Shown: in pieces, positions 48,900 to 62,000 of the stretch
Layout: every line of letters begins with the position of its first letter
Numbering within the stretch: the first letter of the stretch is position 1
Assembly (NCBI GenBank): GCA_002269645.1
Contig: NIVC01002224.1
Location: 1-64,000 of the forward strand
Length of the DNA: 64,000 nucleotides
DNA from: Macrostomum lignano
Taxonomy: Eukaryota
Direction: 5' to 3'
Notes under the pieces: model-generated
Seen by the model: the letters and a program-made list of their open reading frames with translations, nothing else
The model's database searches: none
What the model was told of the DNA's origin: nothing
Translations under genes and position numbers: made by a program

Positions 48900-50030
48900 A
48901 CTGCCGGCCTCCCAGATCCCCAGTTGCTGGGCCAGCCTCCCAGATCCTCAGTTGCTGGGCCAGCTTTCCAGATCCTCAGTTGCTGGGCCAGCCTTCCAGA
49001 TCCCCAGTTGCTGGGCCAGCCTCCCAGATCCTCAGTTGCTGGGCCAGCTTCTCAGATCCTCAGTTGCTGGGCCAGCTTCCCAGATCCCCAGTTTCTGGGC
49101 CAGCTTCCCAGATCCCCAGTTGCTGGGCCAGCCTCCCAGATCCTCAGTTGCTGGGCCAGCTTCCCAGATCCTCAGTTGCTGGGCCAGCCTCCCAGATCCC
49201 CAGTTGCTGGGCCAGGCCAGCCTCCCAGATCCTCAGTTTCTGGGCCAGCTTCCCAGATCCCCAGTTGCTGGGCCAGCCTCCCAGATCCCCAGTTGCTGGG
49301 GCAGCCTCCCGGATCCTCAGTTGCTGGGCCAGCCTCCCAGATCCTCAGTTGCTGGGCCAGCTTCCCAGATCCCCAGTTGCTGGGCCAGGCCAGCCTCCCA
49401 GATCCCCAGTTTCTGGGCCAGCTTCCCAGATCCCCAGTTGCTGGGCCAGCCTCCCAGATCCCCAGTTGCTGGGGCAGCCTCCCGGATCCTCAGTTGCTGG
49501 GCCAGCCTCCCAGATCCCCAGTTTCTGGGCCAGCCTCCCAGATCCCCAGTTTCTGGGCCAGCCTCCCAGATCCCCAGTTGCTGGGCCAGCTTCCCAGATC
49601 CCCAGTTGCTGGGCCATCCTCCCAGATCCCCAGTTGCTGGGCCAGCTTCCCAGATCCCCAGTTGCTGGGCCAGCTTCCCAGATCCCCAGTTGCTGGGCCA
49701 GCCTCCCAGATCCCCAGTTTCTGGGCCAGCCTCCCAGATCCTCAGTTGCTGGGCCAGCCTCCCAGATCCTCAGTTGCTGGGCCAGCCCCAGATCCTCCCA
49801 GATCCCAGTTGCTGGGCCAGGCCAGCCTCCCAGATCCCCAGTTTCTGGGCCAGCTTCCCAGATCCTCAGTTGCTGGGCCAGCCTCCCAGATCCCCAGTTG
49901 CTGGGGCAGCCTCCCGGATCCTCAGTTGCTGGGCCAGCCTCCCAGATCCCCAGTTTCTGTGCCAGTTTCCCAGATCCCCAGTTTCTGGGCCAGTTTCCCA
50001 GATCCCCATTTGCTTTTCCAGCCTCCCAAA
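48900..50030 (+). repeat. 28-bp minisatellite (CTGGGCCAGCCTCCCAGATCCCCAGTTG)n upstream of the RBM5/10 start acceptor
   Basis: Period of 28 bp seen directly; explains ORFs 48887, 48924 and 48952. Confidence 0.95.
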
Positions 50031-50079
50031 GTGTCAGCTGCTCAGTTAATTTTAATTGCATTGCATGCAACACCGCAGT

Positions 50080-53000
50080 ATGGCAGAAGCATCTTCACAG
50101 CATACTACTTACAATAGTAAATCTCCATCGCGAGAGGACGAGTTATCCAGCAATGCCAACGCGAATAACGGCGGTGAAGAAGCTGCCGCTGTCGCAGATC
50201 CCGACGCTCGGCCGTCTAGCAGCAGTCGACGAACTCGAACCCGAAGCGGCAGTCGCAGCCGCAGCCGATCAAGAGGTCGGGATCGTCGCCGACGGCGTCG
50301 CAGTCGTTCCCGCAGTCGGACTAGAAGTCGCAGCCGAAGTCGTAGCCGCAGCCGACGTAGGAAATATCGATCGCATAGGCACGATAGAGACCGGGATAGA
50401 GATCGAGATACAGATAGAGACCGGGATAGAGAACGAAGAAGAGATCGCGACCGGTCCAGATCGCGTGACCGGGATCGGAATCGGGACCGTGACTGGGATC
50501 GGGACTTGGGTGGCAGCTTGTCCTGGGGCGAGCCGACTACTACCGTGATGGTTCGCGGCCTGCCAGACGCTGTGACCGAGGATATGGTGAGCGCTGATGG
50601 CTTTTTGAGTTATCGATGTTGGATTCTTGAAGGATGGGATCTCCTTTGGGAGTTGGATTCTCAAGGATGGGATCCTGTCTGTGAGCTGGGTTCTCAAGGA
50701 TATGGCATCCTGTCTGTGAGTTGGGTTCTCAAGGATATGGCATCCTGTCTGTGAGTTGGGTTCTCAAGGATATGGCATCCTGTCTGTGAGTTGGGTTCTC
50801 AAGGATATGGCATCCTGTCTGTGAGTTGGGTTTGGGTTCTCAAGGCTGGGATCTATATGCTGGAATGTGATGCACTAATGAGTGGCTTACCTTATGCGAG
50901 CGTAAAGCAGCAACTCTGTGACAAACAATTGCAGATCTGCGCCCGTCTGGCCCAAGACAGCATCCTGTCCAAGGAGATTCGGCTGGTTCGAGATAAAAAG
51001 ACAGGTTAGGTCCACTTCTGTAACTGAGGGATTAACAATATCAGTATTCCCTGTATAAGTTTTCTGCACCAGGTGTTTCGATATACTTTTGCAAAACTAA
51101 TCACGCTATCGCTGGTAAGTAGTATAGGGAGCTATCTCGGATCCCGGATCTACCTGCCTGTTGGAGCGACGCAAAAATGGCAAAAATCAGTCAATCAGTC
51201 AGTCAATCAATCAATCAATGAATCAACGAATCACTGAGCAATTTAACCGACCCGGTCGCCGCTCCCCCGACCACCAACCCTTTCTCCTTAATTAATTCAG
51301 GACAATCGCGCGGATTCGCCTTTGTGGAGTTTGACACAGTGCCGCAGGCCCAGGCTTGGATGGAGTCGCAACAAGTAATTCGAATTTTTAAAGAGGCCGA
51401 AGTTTCGCCATTCAAATTAATTTATGCTATCTTTATAAACAAAAAGTCGTCACTCCGGCGGCGCGTCGGTTCTGCTGGCGACACCGGCTAAGATGCGAGC
51501 GGAGCTTTCAGATTTTTGTGTGCCAGTTTTTGTGGTAGCTCGGTGCGGTAACTCCGACTGGGACTGCGGGGTGGGGGATCCTCGCGTCCCAATGGGATCG
51601 CGGCACTGAGCCCGGCTGCTGCTCTTCAGATTCAACTCCACCTCTGCTGCTGTCCTGTTCTCAGTGCAGACTCATTCTTTGTGTACGGTTGTTCTCAGTG
51701 CAGACTCATTCTTTGTGTACGGTTGTTCTTTGTGCAGACTCATTCTTTGTGTACGGTTGTTCTCAGTGCAGACTCATTCTTTGTGTACTGTTGTTCTCAG
51801 TGCAGACTCATTCTTTGTGTACGGTTGTTCTCAGTGCAGACTCATTCTTTGTGTACGGTTGTTCTCAGTGCAGACTCATTCTTTGTGTACGGTTGTTCTC
51901 AGTGCAGACTCATTCTTTGTGTACGGTTGTTCTCAGTGCAGACTCATTCTTTGTGTACGGTTGTTCTCAGTGCAGACTCATTCTTTGTGTACTGTTGTTC
52001 TCAGTGCAGACTCATTCTTTGTGTACGGTTGTTCTCAGTGCAGACTCATTCTTTGTGTACGGTTGTTCTCAGTGCAGACTCATTCTTTGTGTACGGTTGT
52101 TCTCAGTGCAGACTCATTCTTTGTGTACGGTTGTTCTCAGTGCAGACTCATTCTTTGTGTACGGTTGTTCTCAGTGCAGACTCATTCTTTGTGTACGGTT
52201 GTTCTCAGTGCAGACTCATTCTTTGTGTACGGTTGTTCTCAGTGCAGACTCATTCTTTGTGTACGGTTGTTCTCAGTGCAGACTCATTCTTTGTGTACGG
52301 TTGTTCTCAGTGCAGACTCATTCTTTGTGTACTGTTGTTCTCAGTGCAGACTCATTCTTTGTGTACGGTTGTTCTCAGTGCAGACTCATTCTTTGTGTAC
52401 GGTTGTTCTCTGTGCAGACTCATTCTTTGTGTACGCTTGTTCTCTGTGCAGACTCATTCTTTGTGTACTGTTGTTCTCAGTGCAGACTCATTCTTTGTGT
52501 ACTGTTGTTCTCAGTGCAGACTCATTCTTTGTGTACTGTTGCACACTGCTCCCCTTTCCCCTCCTCTCCTGGTCTCCCCTCTACTCCCTCCCGTGTCTTT
52601 TCCTTCTCCCTTCTCTTCTCTCTCTTATCTCTCTTTCACTATCTTATCTCCTCCGCTCTCCTTTCCTCTCCCCCTCTCCTCTCTCCATCTCCCTCTCCCC
52701 TACTCTCCTCTCTCCCTTAGGTCATTGAGATGTAGTCTAGGACCAGAGCAGGAGACTATTTATGCATAATCAGACGATCTGTTCACTAGGCGGGTTTACT
52801 ATATTACTTCCTAATGATTTTATTGGAGATATTAAACTCCAATAAACAAAATAAAGTTTAAAATCAAAAAGGCTTCCAGTTGACATCAGGTTTGGCCGAA
52901 TCAGCAGCAGTGCACAGATGATGAGATAACTGCCCGATCTTCTCGGTCGCTGTTGCTAACCCTCGGGCTGGTCTAACACGCTGCTACCCCTCCCTCTCCT

Positions 53001-56000
53001 CCCTACTGCATTTTAGGGCAGCCTGCAGCTTGGCGACGTGCTACTGTCGCTGCAGTACAGCATGCCTAGGAGCGAGTCCAGGCGGCTTGACGATGCCAGA
53101 TCCGATTGGATGTGCCTGAGGGTTGGTGGCCTGTTTATTTGATATCTCTGTCTCTCTTTATGCCTGAGAATAGATCATATTGGTCACGTGTAATTATTGT
53201 TAGCACTGGCATTAGACTGGCATTAGTCATCAGACTCTAGACACTTGTCTCTGGGATACATGATCATCGATAATCACCCCAGAAAATTGACAATCACCCT
53301 AGACACTTGATAATCGCCCCAGACACTTGATAATCACCCCAGACACTTGATAATCGCCCCCAGACACTTGATAATCACCCCAGACACTTGATAATCACCC
53401 CAGACACTTGATAATCGCCCCCAGACACTTGATAATCACCCCAGACACTTGATAATCACCCCAGACACTTGATAATCACCCCAGACACTTGATAATCACC
53501 CCAGACACTTGATAATCACCCAGACACTTGATAATCACCCAGACACTTGATAATCACCCCAGACACTTCATAATCACCCCAGACACTTGATAATCACCCC
53601 AGACACTTGATAATCACCCAGACACTTGATAATCGCCCCAGACACAAAATCATCACAGTCACGACAGCCCCTTTTCCCATCCTCCCCCATCCAGTGCAAC
53701 GGTCACAATTTCCGCAAGCGCGAGGCCTGCTACAAGTGCGGCGCCTCCAGAGCGGAAAGCTGCGCCAGCCTCGCTAGCGACGGCAGCGAACTCGTCTCGT
53801 CTGGCATGCCCTGCAACACGCTCGTACTGAGAAATCTCGACGCCCTGACAACCGAAGAGTCAGTTGCAGCCTTTGCCGAACAGATGGTATCGGCTAAACC
53901 GAAGAATGCTTGCATCCTGCGCGATCCCCTCACCCGGTCCAGCAAATGCTGCGCTCTGATTGAGTTTGACAGCGTCACCGACTCCATGCAGCTGGTGCAG
54001 ATGACTCGAGAAATGGACATTGTGGAACTGGATGGGAAAGCTATTAATATTGACTATGCTAAGTGAGTTCTTGTTGACCTTTTTTGTCCCTCTGAATCCT
54101 GTTCAATATCCTCTTATTCTGCCACGACCCCCTCTGAGCACCCGTGATTCCCACTGATCACCCATGATCCCCACTGAACACCCGTGATCCCCACTGAGCA
54201 TCTGTGATCCCCTCTGAGCACCCGTGATCCCACTGAACACCCGTGATCCCCACTGAGCACCCGTGATCCCCACTGAGCACTCGTGATCCCCTCTGAGCAC
54301 CCGTGATCGCCACTGAGCACTCGTGATCCCCTCTGAGCACCCGTGATTCCCGCTGAGCATCTGTGATCCCCTCTGAGCACCCGTAATCCCCACTGAGCAC
54401 TTGTGATCCCTGCTAAGCACCCGTGATCCCCACTGAACACCCGTGATCCCCACTGAGCACCCGTGATCCCCACTGAGCACCCGTGATCTTCAATGAGCAC
54501 CCGTGATCCTCAATGAGCACCCGTGATCCCCACTGAGCACTTGTGATCCCCGCTAAGCACCCGTGATCCCCTCTGAGCACCCATCATCCCCACTGAGCAT
54601 CTGTGATCCCCTCTGAGCACCCGTGATTCCCACTGATTACCCATGATCCCCACTGAGCACCCGTGATCCCCACTGAGCATCTGTGATCCCCTCTGAGCAC
54701 CCGTGATCCCACTGAACACCCGTGATCCCCACTGAGCACCCGTGATCGCGACTGAGCACTCGTGATCCCCTCTGAGCACCCGTGATTCCCGCTGAGCATC
54801 TGTGATCCCCTCTGAGCACCCGTGATCCCCACTGAGCACTTGTGATCCCCGCTAAGCACCCGTGATCCCCACTGAACACCCGGGATCCCCACTGAGCACT
54901 TGTGATCCCCGCTAAGCACCCGTGATCCCCACTGAACACCCGTGATCCCCACTGAGCATCTGTGATCCCCTCTGAGCACCCGTGATCCCACTGAACACCC
55001 GTGATCCCCACTGAGCACCCGTGATCGCCACTGAGCACTCGTGATCCCCTCTGAGCACCCGTGATTCCCGCTGAGCATCTGTGATCCCCTCTGAGCACCC
55101 GTGATCCCCACTGAGCACTTGTGATCCCGCTAAGCACCCGTGATCCCCACTGAACACCCGTGATCCCCACTGAGCACCCGTGATCCCCACTGAGCACTCG
55201 TGATCTTCAATGAGCACCCTTGATCCTCAATGAGCACCCGTGATCCCCACTGAGCACTTGTGATCCCCTCTGAGCACCCGTGATCCCCACTGAGCACTTG
55301 TGATCCCCGCTAAGCACCCGTGATCCCCACTGAACACCCGTGATCCCCACTGAGCACCCGTGATCCCCACTGAGCACTCGTGATCTTCAATGAGCACCCT
55401 TGATCCTCAATGAGCACCCGTGATCCCCACTGAGCACTTGTGATCCCCGCTAAGCACCCGTGATCCCCTCTGAGCACCCGTGATCCCCACTGAACACCCG
55501 TGATCCCCACTGAGCACCCGTGATCCCCACTGAGCACTCGTGATCTTCAATGAGCACTCTTGATCCTCAATGAGCACCCGTGATCCCCACTGAGCACTTG
55601 TGATCCCCGCTAAGCACCCGTGATCCCCTCTGAGCACCCGTGATCCCCCCACTGAGCATCTATGATCCCCTCTGAGCACCCGTGATTCCCACTGATCACT
55701 CATGATCCCCACTGAACACCCGTGATCCCCACTGAGCACCCGTGATTCCCACTGAGCATCTGTGATCCCCATTGAGCATCTGTGATCCCCAATGAGCACC
55801 CGTGATCCCACGCAACCACCTCCCAGGCACACCTACAAGACCATCATGGGTGATTCTGCAGCAGCAGCCGCCGCAGCCGCTGCCGTTGCAGCAGCAGCCG
55901 CTGCTGGAGCCTCCTCCTCGACAATTGTCGCTCCGCCGCAGCCGTCGACCACAATTTCGACGACTGATTCCTCCTCAGCAGCCGCCGTCGCCGCCTGCGT

Positions 56001-59000
56001 CGCTGCCGCTTCAGCCGCCTCCGCCGCCGCAGTTGCCGCTGTCGGCGTCCCGCTGATGAGCCTGGCCACCACGCCGACCTCCCTGCTGCTCACCAGCGCA
56101 GCTCCCGGCCTCCTTGCCGCCATGAGCGCCGTGCCGTCGCACCATCTGCTGCAGGCGCATCACCAGGCGCTGCATCAGCAGCAACAGCAGCAGCAGGCTG
56201 TTCAACATCTGCAACTCATGGCGCACATTCAACAGCATCAGCGACAGCAGCTGCAGCTGCATCAGTTGCAACAACTGCCGATGCAACAGCAGCAGCAACT
56301 GCAGCAACCACCAGCCACCGCTGCTGAAGCCAAGCCTCAGCCTAAGTGAGCGATTGTGAATAGGTTGCTTTTATTGAATAATGAGAATCAATATGGAAAT
56401 TTTAGTCTGGGAATCCAAATGAGGGAATTTCAATGGAGAATCTTATGAGGGAATTTCAGTTAGAGAATCTTATGAGGGAATTTCAGTTAAGAGAACCTTA
56501 TGAGAGAATTTTAGTTCCCTCATTCCCTTATTTAGGGAATCTAAAATGAGAGAAATTCAACTAGGGAATCTTAATGAGGAATTTCAACTAGGGAATCTAA
56601 ATGAGGGAATTTCAATTAGGGAATCTTAATGAGGGAATTTCACTTAGGGAATCTAAATGAGGGAATTTCAATTAAAGAATCTGAAAGGAAGGAATTTCCA
56701 TTTAGGAATTTGAAAGGAGGGAATTTCAAAGAATCTAAATTTGGAAATTTCAATTAGATAATCTGAAATGATGGAATTTCAACTAGGGAATCTGAAATGA
56801 GAGAATTTCAACTAGGGAATCTGAAATAAGGAATTTCAACTAGGGAATCTGAAATGAGGAAATTTCAACTAGGGAATCTGAAATGAGGGAATTTCGACTA
56901 GGGAATCTGAAATGAGGGAATTTCAACTAGGGAATCTGAAATAAGGAATTTCAACTAGGGAAATCTGAAATAAGGAATTTCAACTAGGGAATCTGAAATA
57001 AGGAATTTCAACGAGAACCTCAGTCACGCTCGGAATGCCCCCAAAACCGCTACCGGCAGGCAGCCGCAGCCGCCCGTGCTCAACCAGCCCTGCCAGGCGC
57101 CGGACACCAGCAAGTTAGTGAAGGAGCCCACCTCGGGTTACTACTACGACTCCGACACTGGTCTGTACTACGACGCCAATACTCAGTACTTCTTCGACCC
57201 GAGCAGAAGCGGCTACCTGTACTGGGACTCCGAAGCCGGTTGCTATAGAGACGCAAATGAGTTACAGAAGCAACTGCAGGAGCAGCAACAGGACGGCAAT
57301 AAAAAAGACGCATCAAATTCTAAAGAAGCGAAGCCGTCAAAGCAGCAGACTTCAGCATCCGCTGTAGCCAGCGAGCCCTTTGGCAAGGCGTCATCAATTC
57401 AGAAAGACATGGAGCGCTGGGCCCGGATGGTAAATAAGCAGAAGAACAAGTCCAAACAGCAGGCAATGCCAGCCGCTATGGAGCAGCAGATTCTGCAACA
57501 ACAGCAGCAGCAGAGCGGAGCGGCCGATACTGCTTTTGCTATGCTAACCCAGATGTCTTCTACTGCGGCTAAGCAGTCCAGTTCTTCTGCTGCTGCCGCT
57601 CCAGCCGCGGCTCCTGCCATAGCGCCGCCTGTGCTGTCAGCCGTGGCAGCCGCCTCACTTGAGGAGGAAGAGGAGAAACTCTTGGATTGGACTCGGCTGG
57701 CCTGCCTGCTGTGCCAGCGCGGCTTCCAGGTTGGTTTGCGGGGATCGCTGACGCATGGGGGAGGCGCCCACTGAAGCATCTGGGAGGAGGCTACCACTGA
57801 AGCATCGGGGGAGGAGGAGGCGCCCACTGAAGCATCTGGGAGGAGGTTCCCACTGAAGCATCTGGGAGGAGGTTCCCACTGAAGCATCTGGGAGGAGGCT
57901 ACCACTGAAGCATCTGGGAGGAGGCTACCACTGAAGCATCTGGGAGGAGGCTACCACTGAAGCATCTGGGAGGAGGAGGTTCCCACTGAAGCATCTGGGA
58001 GGAGGCGCCCACTGAAGCATCTAGGAGGAGGTTCCCACTGAAGCATCTGGGAGGAGGTTCCCACTGAAGCATCTGGGAGGAGGTTCCCACTGAAGCATCT
58101 GGGAGGAGGCGCCCACTGAAGCATCTGGGAGGAGGCGCCCACTGAAGCATCTGGGAGGAGGTTCCCACTGAAGCATCTGGGAGGAGGTTCCCACTGAAGC
58201 ATCTGGGAGGAGGTTCCCACTGAAGCATCTGGGAGGAGGCTACCACTGAAGCATCTGGGAGGAGGAGGTTCCCACTGAAGCATCTGGGAGGAGGTTCCCA
58301 CTGAAGCATCTGGGAGGAGGTTCCCACTGAAGCATCTGGGAGGAGGCTACCACTGAAGCATCTGGGAGGAGGAGGTTCCCACTGAAGCATCTGGGAGGAG
58401 GCGCCCACTGAAGCATCTAGGAGGAGGTTCCCACTGAAGCATCTGGGAGGAGGTTCCCACTGAAGCATCTGGGAGGAGGCGCCCACTGAAGCATCTGGGA
58501 GGAGGTTCCCACTGAAGCATCTGGGAGGAGGTTCCCACTGAAGCATCTGGGAGGAGGCTACCACTGAAGCATCTGGGAGGAGGCTACCACTGAAGCATCT
58601 GGGAGGAGGCTACCACTGAAGCATCTGGGAGGAGGAGGTTCCCACTGAAGCATCTGGGAGGAGGTTCCCACTGAAGCATCTGGGAGGAGGTTCCCACTGA
58701 AGCATCTGGGAGGAGGCGCCCACTGAAGCATCTGGGAGGAGGCGCCCACTGAAGCATCTGGGAGGAGGTTCCCACTGAAGCATCTGGGAGGAGGTTCCCA
58801 CTGAAGCATCTGGGAGGAGGTTCCCACTGAAGCATCTGGGAGGAGGCTACCACTGAAGCATCTGGGAGGAGGAGGTTCCCACTGAAGCATCTGGGAGGAG
58901 GTTCCCACTGAAGCATCTGGGAGGAGGTTCCCACTGAAGCATCTGGGAGGAGGCGCCCACTGAAGCATCTGGGAGGAGGCGCCCACTGAAGCATCTGGGA

Positions 59001-62000
59001 GGAGGAGGCTCTCACTGAATCATCGGGAGGAGGCGCTCACTAAAGCATCGGGGAGGAGGAGGCGCCACTAAAGCATCGGGGAGGAGGAGGAGGCGCCACT
59101 GAAGCATCGGGGAGGAGGAGGAGGCGCCCACTGAAGCATCTGGGAGGAGGAGGAGGCGCCACTGAAGCATTTGGGAGGAGGAGGAGGCGCCACTGAAGCA
59201 TCGGGGAGGAGGAGGCGCCACTGAAGCATCTGGGAGGAGGCGCCCATTAAAGCATCTTGGAGGAGGTTCCCACTGAAGCATCAGGGAGGAGGTTCCCACT
59301 GAAGCATCTGGGAGGAGGCTACCACTGAAGCATCTGGGAGGAGGCTACCACTGAAGCATCTGGGAGGAGGAGGTTCCCACTGAAGCATCTGGGAGGAGGC
59401 GCCCACTGAAGCATCTGGGAGGAGGTTCCCACTGAAGCATCTGGGAGGAGGCTACCACTGAAGCATCTGGGAGGAGGCTACCACTGAAGCATCTGGGAGG
59501 AGGCTACCACTGAAGCATCTGGGAGGAGGAGGTTCCCACTGAAGCATCTGGGAGGAGGTTCCCACTGAAGCATCTGGGAGGAGGTTCCCACTGAAGCATC
59601 TGGGAGGAGGCGCCCACTGAAGCATCTGGGAGGAGGCGCCCACTGAAGCATCTGGGAGGAGGTTCCCACTGAAGCATCTGGGAGGAGGTTCCCACTGAAG
59701 CATCTGGGAGGAGGTTCCCACTGAAGCATCTGGGAGGAGGCTACCACTGAAGCATCTGGGAGGAGGAGGTTCCCACTGAAGCATCTGGGAAGAGGTTCCC
59801 ACTGAAGCATCTGGGAGGAGGTTCCCACTGAAGCATCTGGGAGGAGGCTACCACTGAAGCATCTGGGAGGAGGAGGTTCCCACTGAAGCATCTGGGAGGA
59901 GGCGCCCACTGAAGCATCTAGGAGGAGGTTCCCACTGAAGCATCTGGGAGGAGGTTCCCACTGAAGCATCTGGGAGGAGGCGCCCACTGAAGCATCTGGG
60001 AGGAGGTTCCCACTGAAGCATCTGGGAGGAGGTTCCCACTGAAGCATCTGGGAGGAGGCTACCACTGAAGCATCTGGGAGGAGGCTACCACTGAAGCATC
60101 TGGGAGGAGGCTACCACTGAAGCATCTGGGAGGAGGAGGTTCCCACTGAAGCATCTGGGAGGAGGTTCCCACTGAAGCATCTGGGAGGAGGTTCCCACTG
60201 AAGCATCTGGGAGGAGGCGCCCACTGAAGCATCTGGGAGGAGGCGCCCACTGAAGCATCTGGGAGGAGGTTCCCACTGAAGCATCTGGGAGGAGGTTCCC
60301 ACTGAAGCATCTGGGAGGAGGTTCCCACTGAAGCATCTGGGAGGAGGCTACCACTGAAGCATCTGGGAGGAGGAGGTTCCCACTGAAGCATCTGGGAGGA
60401 GGTTCCCACTGAAGCATCTGGGAGGAGGTTCCCACTGAAGCATCTGGGAGGAGGCGCCCACTGAAGCATCTGGGAGGAGGCGCCCACTGAAGCATCTGGG
60501 AGGAGGAGGCTCTCACTGAATCATCGGGAGGAGGCGCTCACTAAAGCATCGGGGAGGAGGAGGCGCCACTAAAGCATCGGGGAGGAGGAGGAGGCGCCAC
60601 TGAAGCATCGGGGAGGAGGAGGAGGCGCCCACTGAAGCATCTGGGAGGAGGAGGAGGCGCCACTGAAGCATTTGGGAGGAGGAGGAGGCGCCACTGAAGC
60701 ATCGGGGAGGAGGAGGCGCCACTGAAGCATCTGGGAGGAGGCGCCCATTAAAGCATCTTGGAGGAGGTTCCCACTGAAGCATCAGGGAGGAGGTTCCCAC
60801 TGAAGCATCTGGGAGGAGGCTACCACTGAAGCATCTGGGAGGAGGCTACCACTGAAGCATCTGGGAGGAGGAGGTTCCCACTGAAGCATCTGGGAGGAGG
60901 CGCCCACTGAAGCATCTGGGAGGAGGTTCCCACTGAAGCATCTGGGAGGAGGCTACCACTGAAGCATCTGGGAGGAGGCTACCACTGAAGCATCTGGGAG
61001 GAGGAGGTTCCCACTGAAGCATCTGGGAGGAGGTTCCCACTGAAGCATCTGGGAGGAGGTTCCCACTGAAGCATCTGGGAGGAGGCGCCCACTGAAGCAT
61101 CTGGGAGGAGGCGCCCACTGAAGCATCTGGGAGGAGGAGGCTCTCACTGAATCATCGGGAGGAGGCGCTCACTAAAGCATCGGGGAGGAGGAGGCGCCAC
61201 TAAAGCATCGGGGAGGAGGAGGAGGCGCCACTGAAGCATCGGGGAGGAGGAGGAGGCGCCCACTGAAGCATCTGGGAGGAGGAGGAGGCGCCACTGAAGC
61301 ATTTGGGAGGAGGAGGCGCTCACTGAAGCATTTGGAAGGAGGAGGCGCTCACTGAAGCATTTGGGAGGAGGAGGCGCTCACTGAAGCATCTGGGAGGAGG
61401 CGCTCACTGAAGCATCGGGGAGGAGGCGCCACTGAGGCATCGGGGAGGAGGAGGAGGCGCCACTGAAGCATCTGGGAGGAGGCGCCCACTGAAGTATCGG
61501 GGAGGAGGAGGAGGAGGCGCCCACTGAAGCATCGGGGAGGAGGAGGCGCCCACTGAGGCATCGGGGAGGAGGCGCCCACTGAAGCATCGGGGAGGAGGCG
61601 ACCACTGAAGCATCTAGGAGGAGGAGGCGCCCACTGAGGCATCGGGGAGGAGGCGCCACTGAAACATCGGGAAGGAGGAGGCGCCCACTGAGGCATCGGG
61701 GAGGAGGAGGCGCCCACTGAAGCATCGGGGAGGAGGAGGCGCTACTGAAGCATCGGGGAGGAGGAGGCGCCCACTGAGGCATCGGGGAGGAGGAGGCGCC
61801 CACTGAAGCATCGGAGGGGAGGAGGCGCCCACTGAAGCATCGGGGAGGAGGAGGCGCCCACTGAGGCATCGGGGAGGAGGAGGCGCTACTGAAGCATCGG
61901 GGAGGAGGAGGCGCCCACTGAGGCATCGGGGAGGAGGAGGCGCCCAGCCCACTGAAGCATCGGAGGGGAGGAGGCGCCCACTGAAGCATCGGGGAGGAGG

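Noticed and set aside
48887-50117. 365-553 aa ORFs resembling gasdermin-free Pro/Gln repeat proteins
   Set aside because: The 28-bp repeat is open in all three frames; real coding starts at ATG 50080 after an acceptor.
51664-52769. Three ~350-aa Cys-rich ORFs
   Set aside because: Translations of the 34-bp intronic array.
54103-61717. Many minus-strand ORFs (GITGAQ..., QMLQWEPPPR...)
   Set aside because: Antisense translations of the RBM intron arrays.
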